This document shows positions 58,108-64,000 of a stretch of 64,000 nt of DNA, in pieces. The DNA comes from an uncultured Actinomycetes bacterium (GTDB lineage: Bacteria; Actinomycetota; Actinomycetes; Streptosporangiales; Streptosporangiaceae). Position 1 is the stretch's first letter, and each line of letters begins with the position of its first letter. A program made the position numbers and the translations under genes. The DNA lies in contig CAWHJW010000005.1 in assembly GCA_963829725.1 (NCBI GenBank), positions 369,976 to 433,975 of the forward strand, given 5' to 3'. The notes below the pieces were generated by a model. It had not been told where the DNA came from. It saw only the letters and a list, made by a program, of their open reading frames with translations, and did no database searches.

Positions 58108-59046
58108 CTAGCTGGCCGCGCGGTCGTGCGCGCCGCCGGAGATCCACTGGTAGACCCGGCCGACCCCGCCGGCCAGTTCCGTGCTCGGCCACCAGCCAAG
58201 ATCCCGTTCGGCGCGGCTGGCGGCCAGCGCGCTGCGCAGCAGCTCACCGGGACGGGGCGGGCCGAACCGAGGCGACAGGGGCTGCTCCGCCACGCCGGAG
58301 ATGATGTCCACCAGGTCGAGGACGCTGACCTCCACCCCGGTCCCGATGTTCCAGGTCCCGGGGCGGCCGGCGTCGGCGGCGGCCAGGAAGGCGCTCACCG
58401 CGTCGGCCACGTAGACGTAATCGCGGGTCTGGCTCCCGTCCCCGTACACCGTGGGGCGCTGCCCGGCCAGGGCGGCCCCGCAGAAGATGGGGATCACGCC
58501 GGACTCGCCGCCAGGATCCTGCCGCGGCCCGTACACGTTGGCCAGCCGGAGGATGGAGTGCCGGGTGCCGTGCAGCCGGTTGTACAGCCCGATGTACTGC
58601 TCGGCGCAGTACTTGGCGATGCCGTACGGGGACTCCGGCAGCGGCAGCACGTCCTCGCGGGACGGGATCGCGGCGTTCCGGCCGTACAGCGCCCCGCCGG
58701 AGGAGGCGAACAGCACCCGGGCCCCGGTGGCCCGGGCCGCCTCCAGCACGTTCACCGTGCCGACCACGTTGACCTCAGCGTCCCGGGCGGGGGCATCCAC
58801 CGACGAGCGGACATCGATCTGCGCGGCCAGGTGGCAGATCAGCTCCGGCCGGGCGTGGCGGACCAGCCGGGCCAGCGCGCCCGCGTCGGCGATGCTCACC
58901 TTGCGCAGTTCGGCGTGATCGTCGAGCCGCCCGGCCCGGCCGGCCGAGAGGTCGTCGGCCACGATCACGTCATCGCCCCGGGCCAGCAGTCCGTCGGTGA
59001 GGTGAGAGCCGATGAAGCCGGCGCCGCCGGTCACGAGTACCCGCAT
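58108..59046 (-). CDS. NAD-dependent epimerase/dehydratase (UDP-glucose 4-epimerase-like SDR)
   Basis: MRVLVTGGAGFIGSHL..SSGGALYG..YGIAKY (YxxxK). Confidence 0.85.
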   Translation of the reverse strand: MRVLVTGGAGFIGSHLTDGLLARGDDVIVADDLSAGRAGRLDDHAELRKVSIADAGALARLVRHARPELICHLAAQIDVRSSVDAPARDAEVNVVGTVNVLEAARATGARVLFASSGGALYGRNAAIPSREDVLPLPESPYGIAKYCAEQYIGLYNRLHGTRHSILRLANVYGPRQDPGGESGVIPIFCGAALAGQRPTVYGDGSQTRDYVYVADAVSAFLAAADAGRPGTWNIGTGVEVSVLDLVDIISGVAEQPLSPRFGPPRPGELLRSALAASRAERDLGWWPSTELAGGVGRVYQWISGGAHDRAAS

Positions 59047-59084
59047 GCTTGCTCATCCTAGGCGCTGCCCCGCCCCGGCCCGGC

Positions 59085-59834
59085 TCAGCCGAGATCCAGC
59101 TCCAGCCCGGAGCGGGCCAGGGTGAGCGGGCCGCGGTAGGAGCCTGCCGCCTCGGCCTGGCTGCGCTCCCGGTCGTTCCACGGCACCAGGTGGGTGAGCA
59201 TCAGGTGCCCGGCACCGGCCCGGGCGGCGTGCTCGCCCGCCTGCCGGGCCGTCAGGTGCAGGCCTTCCGGCAGGTCCGGCCCGGCGGCGAAGGAGGCCTC
59301 GCACAGCAGCAGGTCCACGTCGCGGGCCAGGCCGACCAGGGCATCGGACACGCCGGTGTCGGCGGAGTAGGCGAGCGCCCGGCCGCCCGCCTCGATCCGG
59401 AAGCCGAACGTCTCCACCGGGTGGTTCACGTGCGCGACCGTGACCCGGAGCGGCCCGATGTCACGGGTGCCCGGTTCCAGGGTGGTGAAGCCGAAGGCCG
59501 CGCTCATCCCGGGATGCTCATCCATGTCGTAGGCGTGGGCCATCCGGCGCGCCGTGCCGGCCGGGCCGTACACCGGGATCTGCGGGGCCGGCCCGTCCGG
59601 CCGGTAGGTCCGCGCCACCCAGTAGCCGCACAGGTCCAGGCAGTGGTCGGCGTGCAGGTGGCTCAGGCAGACCGCGTCGATGCCGTCCAGGCTGGCGTGG
59701 CGCTGCAGCGGCCCGAGGGCCCCGCTGCCCAGATCGATCAGGAGCCGGAAGCCCTGTTCCTCGATGAGGTAGCAGGACGCCGGGCTGTCCGGCCCGGGAA
59801 AGGACCCGGAGCAGCCGACGACGGTGAGCCGCAC
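59085..59834 (-). CDS. MBL-fold metallo-hydrolase
   Basis: MRLTVVGCSGSFPG..DLGSG..LSHLHADHCLDL.. Confidence 0.85.
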   Translation of the reverse strand: MRLTVVGCSGSFPGPDSPASCYLIEEQGFRLLIDLGSGALGPLQRHASLDGIDAVCLSHLHADHCLDLCGYWVARTYRPDGPAPQIPVYGPAGTARRMAHAYDMDEHPGMSAAFGFTTLEPGTRDIGPLRVTVAHVNHPVETFGFRIEAGGRALAYSADTGVSDALVGLARDVDLLLCEASFAAGPDLPEGLHLTARQAGEHAARAGAGHLMLTHLVPWNDRERSQAEAAGSYRGPLTLARSGLELDLG

Positions 59835-59838
59835 CGGC

Positions 59839-61912
<2,074 letters not shown>

Positions 61913-61994
61913 TCCAGGTCAACGGTCAGTGTGCGGGGCCGTCCCAGGCGCCGGTAACGGCCGTCACCGGGTGCCAACGGCATGCCGCGCACGA

Positions 61995-62426
61995 TCATTC
62001 CGGGACCGGCTCACCCGCTACGGCGGTGATCCGGACTTCTTCTTCGGTGACGGTCCCGTCCACGATGCGGAACGAGCGGAACTCCACGTCATCCGGGTCG
62101 CGGGTGGACACCAGGACATAATGGGCGCCCGGCTCGTTCGCGTAGGCGATGTCGGTCCGGGACGGGTAGGCCTCGGTGGCCGTGTGCGAATGGTAAATGA
62201 CCACCGGCTCCTCGTCCCGGTCGTCCATCTCCCGCCAGACCCGGAGCAGCTCCATCGAGTCGAACTCGTAGAACGTCGGCGAACGCTGGGCGTTCAGCAT
62301 GGGGATGAACCGCTCCGGGCGGTCGGTGCCGGCCGGGCCCGCGATCACCCCGCACGCCTCGTCGGGATGGTCGGCCCGGGCATGCGCCACGATCTTGTCC
62401 CGCAGCGCGGAATGGAGCGTCAGCAT
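61995..62426 (-). CDS. mec: JAMM/MPN+ metalloprotease Mec
   Basis: ADHPDEACGVIAG and the JAMM motif IYHSHTATEAYPSRTD. The ATG at 62426 is preferred over the ORF limit at 62543. Confidence 0.88.
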   Translation of the reverse strand: MLTLHSALRDKIVAHARADHPDEACGVIAGPAGTDRPERFIPMLNAQRSPTFYEFDSMELLRVWREMDDRDEEPVVIYHSHTATEAYPSRTDIAYANEPGAHYVLVSTRDPDDVEFRSFRIVDGTVTEEEVRITAVAGEPVPE

Positions 62427-62485
62427 GGCTCCGAGCGTAGCCGCACCACCCCGGTGGCCAGCGGGGCGGCGTGGCCGGGCCCGGC

Positions 62486-63100
62486 TCACCACAGCGCGCG
62501 CACCAGGGTTTCCTGGAGGTAGGTAAGCCAGTCGTAGACCCACAGGTAGGCCGACCGGGGGTCGGCCGGATCCAGGTCCGCGGTCCGCTGGTCGTAGTCA
62601 TCGGTGATGGACAGCCGCACCCCGAGGGCCAGCCGCACATCGTTGAGCGCACGGAGCCAGGTCTGGGCGTCCTCCCCGGACAGCTCCACCCGGCCGCCCT
62701 CGGGCGGCAGCGTGTCCAGCACGGTGCGGGCCGCCGCTACCTTCCCGGAGCGCAGGTCCGGCTCGGTGAACCGGCGGAACTCCCCCGCCGCCTCGGTGTC
62801 TTCGGCGTATGCGTCCGGCAGCAGCCGGGCCAGCACGGGATCCTCCGGCGGCGTGTCCGGGCCCGCGCCGAGCAGGCCGGACAGGTCATCCAGCGGGTTG
62901 CCGGTCCCGCCCGGCCCGGCGGCGGGCGGGCGCGCCGGGTCCGCCTCCCCGGCGACCAGTTCGGCCACCTGGCTGACCAGGGCCCGGATGACGCCGGCCT
63001 GGGACGGCTCGAAACGAGCGGCCACCCGGCCCTTCCTCAGCGTCCGGAAGCCGTCCACCTCACCTGTCTCCCCTGACCCGGCCGTGGCGGGATCGCTCAC
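62486..63100 (-). CDS. DUF2017 domain protein
   Basis: The GTG at 63100 forms a GTGA overlap with the clpS stop. ..[54 protein letters not shown].. This is the conserved clpS neighbour in actinobacteria. Confidence 0.75.
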   Translation of the reverse strand: MSDPATAGSGETGEVDGFRTLRKGRVAARFEPSQAGVIRALVSQVAELVAGEADPARPPAAGPGGTGNPLDDLSGLLGAGPDTPPEDPVLARLLPDAYAEDTEAAGEFRRFTEPDLRSGKVAAARTVLDTLPPEGGRVELSGEDAQTWLRALNDVRLALGVRLSITDDYDQRTADLDPADPRSAYLWVYDWLTYLQETLVRALW

Positions 63101-63387
63101 TTGTCGTGACTCACGGTGGCCCACAGGCCGTAGCCGTGCAGGACCTCCACGTCGCGCTCCATGGATTCCCTGGTGCCGGCGGAGACCACGGCCTTGCCCT
63201 TGCGGTGCACGTCGAGCATGAGTTTCTCAGCCTTGCGCCGCGAGTACCCGAAGACCTGCTGGAATACGTAGGTCACGTAGGACATGAGGTTGACCGGGTC
63301 GTTCCACACGATGGTGACCCACGGCGTGTCGGGGACGACTTCCTGCCTTGTCTCCGGCCGCTTGACTTCTGCTGGTGCCACGCTCAC
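63097..63387 (-). CDS. clpS: ATP-dependent Clp protease adaptor ClpS
   Basis: ..[47 protein letters not shown].. Confidence 0.93.
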   Translation of the reverse strand: MSVAPAEVKRPETRQEVVPDTPWVTIVWNDPVNLMSYVTYVFQQVFGYSRRKAEKLMLDVHRKGKAVVSAGTRESMERDVEVLHGYGLWATVSHDK

Positions 63388-63493
63388 CGGCGCTCACCTC
63401 CCTCGGTGCTGACTGCTAGTCTCTCAGCCCGGCGGCCCGGGGATGCCATCCGGCTGACACCGCCGGGCAGTGGCATCCGTAGTCTTGCTGCTC

Positions 63494-64000
63494 GTGACGC
63501 CTCAGACCGCCGACGCCAGCACGGCGCTGCTCACCGACCGCTACGAGCTGACCATGCTGACCGCCGCGCTGCATAGTGGGGCCGCCGGGCGGCGCGCGGT
63601 GTTCGAGGTGTTCGCCCGCGCCCTGCCCAATGGGCGGCGCTACGGGGTGGTGGCCGGCACCGGCCGGTTCCTGGACGCGCTGGAGCACTTCACGTTCGGC
63701 CGCCGCGAGCTGGCGTTCCTGCGCGAGGCCGGGATCGTGGACGAGCCGGCCCTGCGCTACCTGGAGTCCTTCCGGTTCAGCGGGGACATCTGGGGCTACG
63801 GGGAAGGGGACTGCTACTTCCCCGGGTCACCGATCCTGGTGGTGGAAGCCCCGTTCGCCGAGGCTGTCGTGCTGGAGACGCTCGCGCTGGCCATCCTCAA
63901 CCACGACTCCGCCATCGCGTCGGCCGCGTCCCGGATGGTGACCGCCGCGGACGGCCGGCCGCTGATCGAGATGGGCTCGCGGCGCACCCATGAGATGGCC
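63494..64000 (+). CDS. pncB: nicotinate phosphoribosyltransferase, 3' end outside window
   Basis: The frame opens at the GTG at 63494: VTPQTADASTALLTDRYELTMLTAALHSGAAGRRAVFEVFARALPNGRRYGVVAGTGRFLDALEHFTFG..IEMGSRRTHEMA. It is absent from the ORF track because it has no stop within the window. Confidence 0.88.
   Translation, partial: MTPQTADASTALLTDRYELTMLTAALHSGAAGRRAVFEVFARALPNGRRYGVVAGTGRFLDALEHFTFGRRELAFLREAGIVDEPALRYLESFRFSGDIWGYGEGDCYFPGSPILVVEAPFAEAVVLETLALAILNHDSAIASAASRMVTAADGRPLIEMGSRRTHEMA

Overview
This is a very GC-rich segment with strong third-position GC bias, typical of an actinobacterial chromosomal core. The gene order matches conserved actinomycete housekeeping synteny: a ParC/ParE-type topoisomerase pair, the principal sigma factor (HrdB/SigA type), nrdR-nrdJ, a LysM gene divergent from lexA with SOS boxes, leuS, gcvT-gcvH, bcp, rdgB-rph, mec-cysO-cysM, clpS and pncB. 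I can support about 50 protein-coding genes and one tRNA. I see no rRNA, no CRISPR array and no intact mobile element. Stand-out observations: (1) A stand-alone homologue of about 1,877 aa of enediyne/PUFA-type iterative type I PKS (KS-AT-KR-DH plus a C-terminal domain). Every catalytic residue I can locate in it is substituted, and no biosynthetic cluster surrounds it. (2) A 76-nt tRNA with a short variable loop (class I shape) that carries a UAG (Leu, CUA) anticodon. It lies next to frame-broken YbaK-like and PLP-enzyme-like remnants. (3) A 139-aa mini-intein in the class II ribonucleotide reductase NrdJ, plus a separate patch of atypical AT-rich codons around the NrdJ active site. (4) A candidate leaderless Leu-rich mini-ORF plus an intrinsic terminator immediately upstream of leuS. 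(5) About ten single-base frame disruptions in well conserved, partly essential genes. I read these as assembly indels rather than true pseudogenes. (6) Several short tandem duplications and a 15-bp VNTR. (7) A structured non-coding segment with four CCCCC motifs downstream of the pterin dehydratase gene. All calls come from reading the sequence and the supplied ORF translations by eye. No database search was run.
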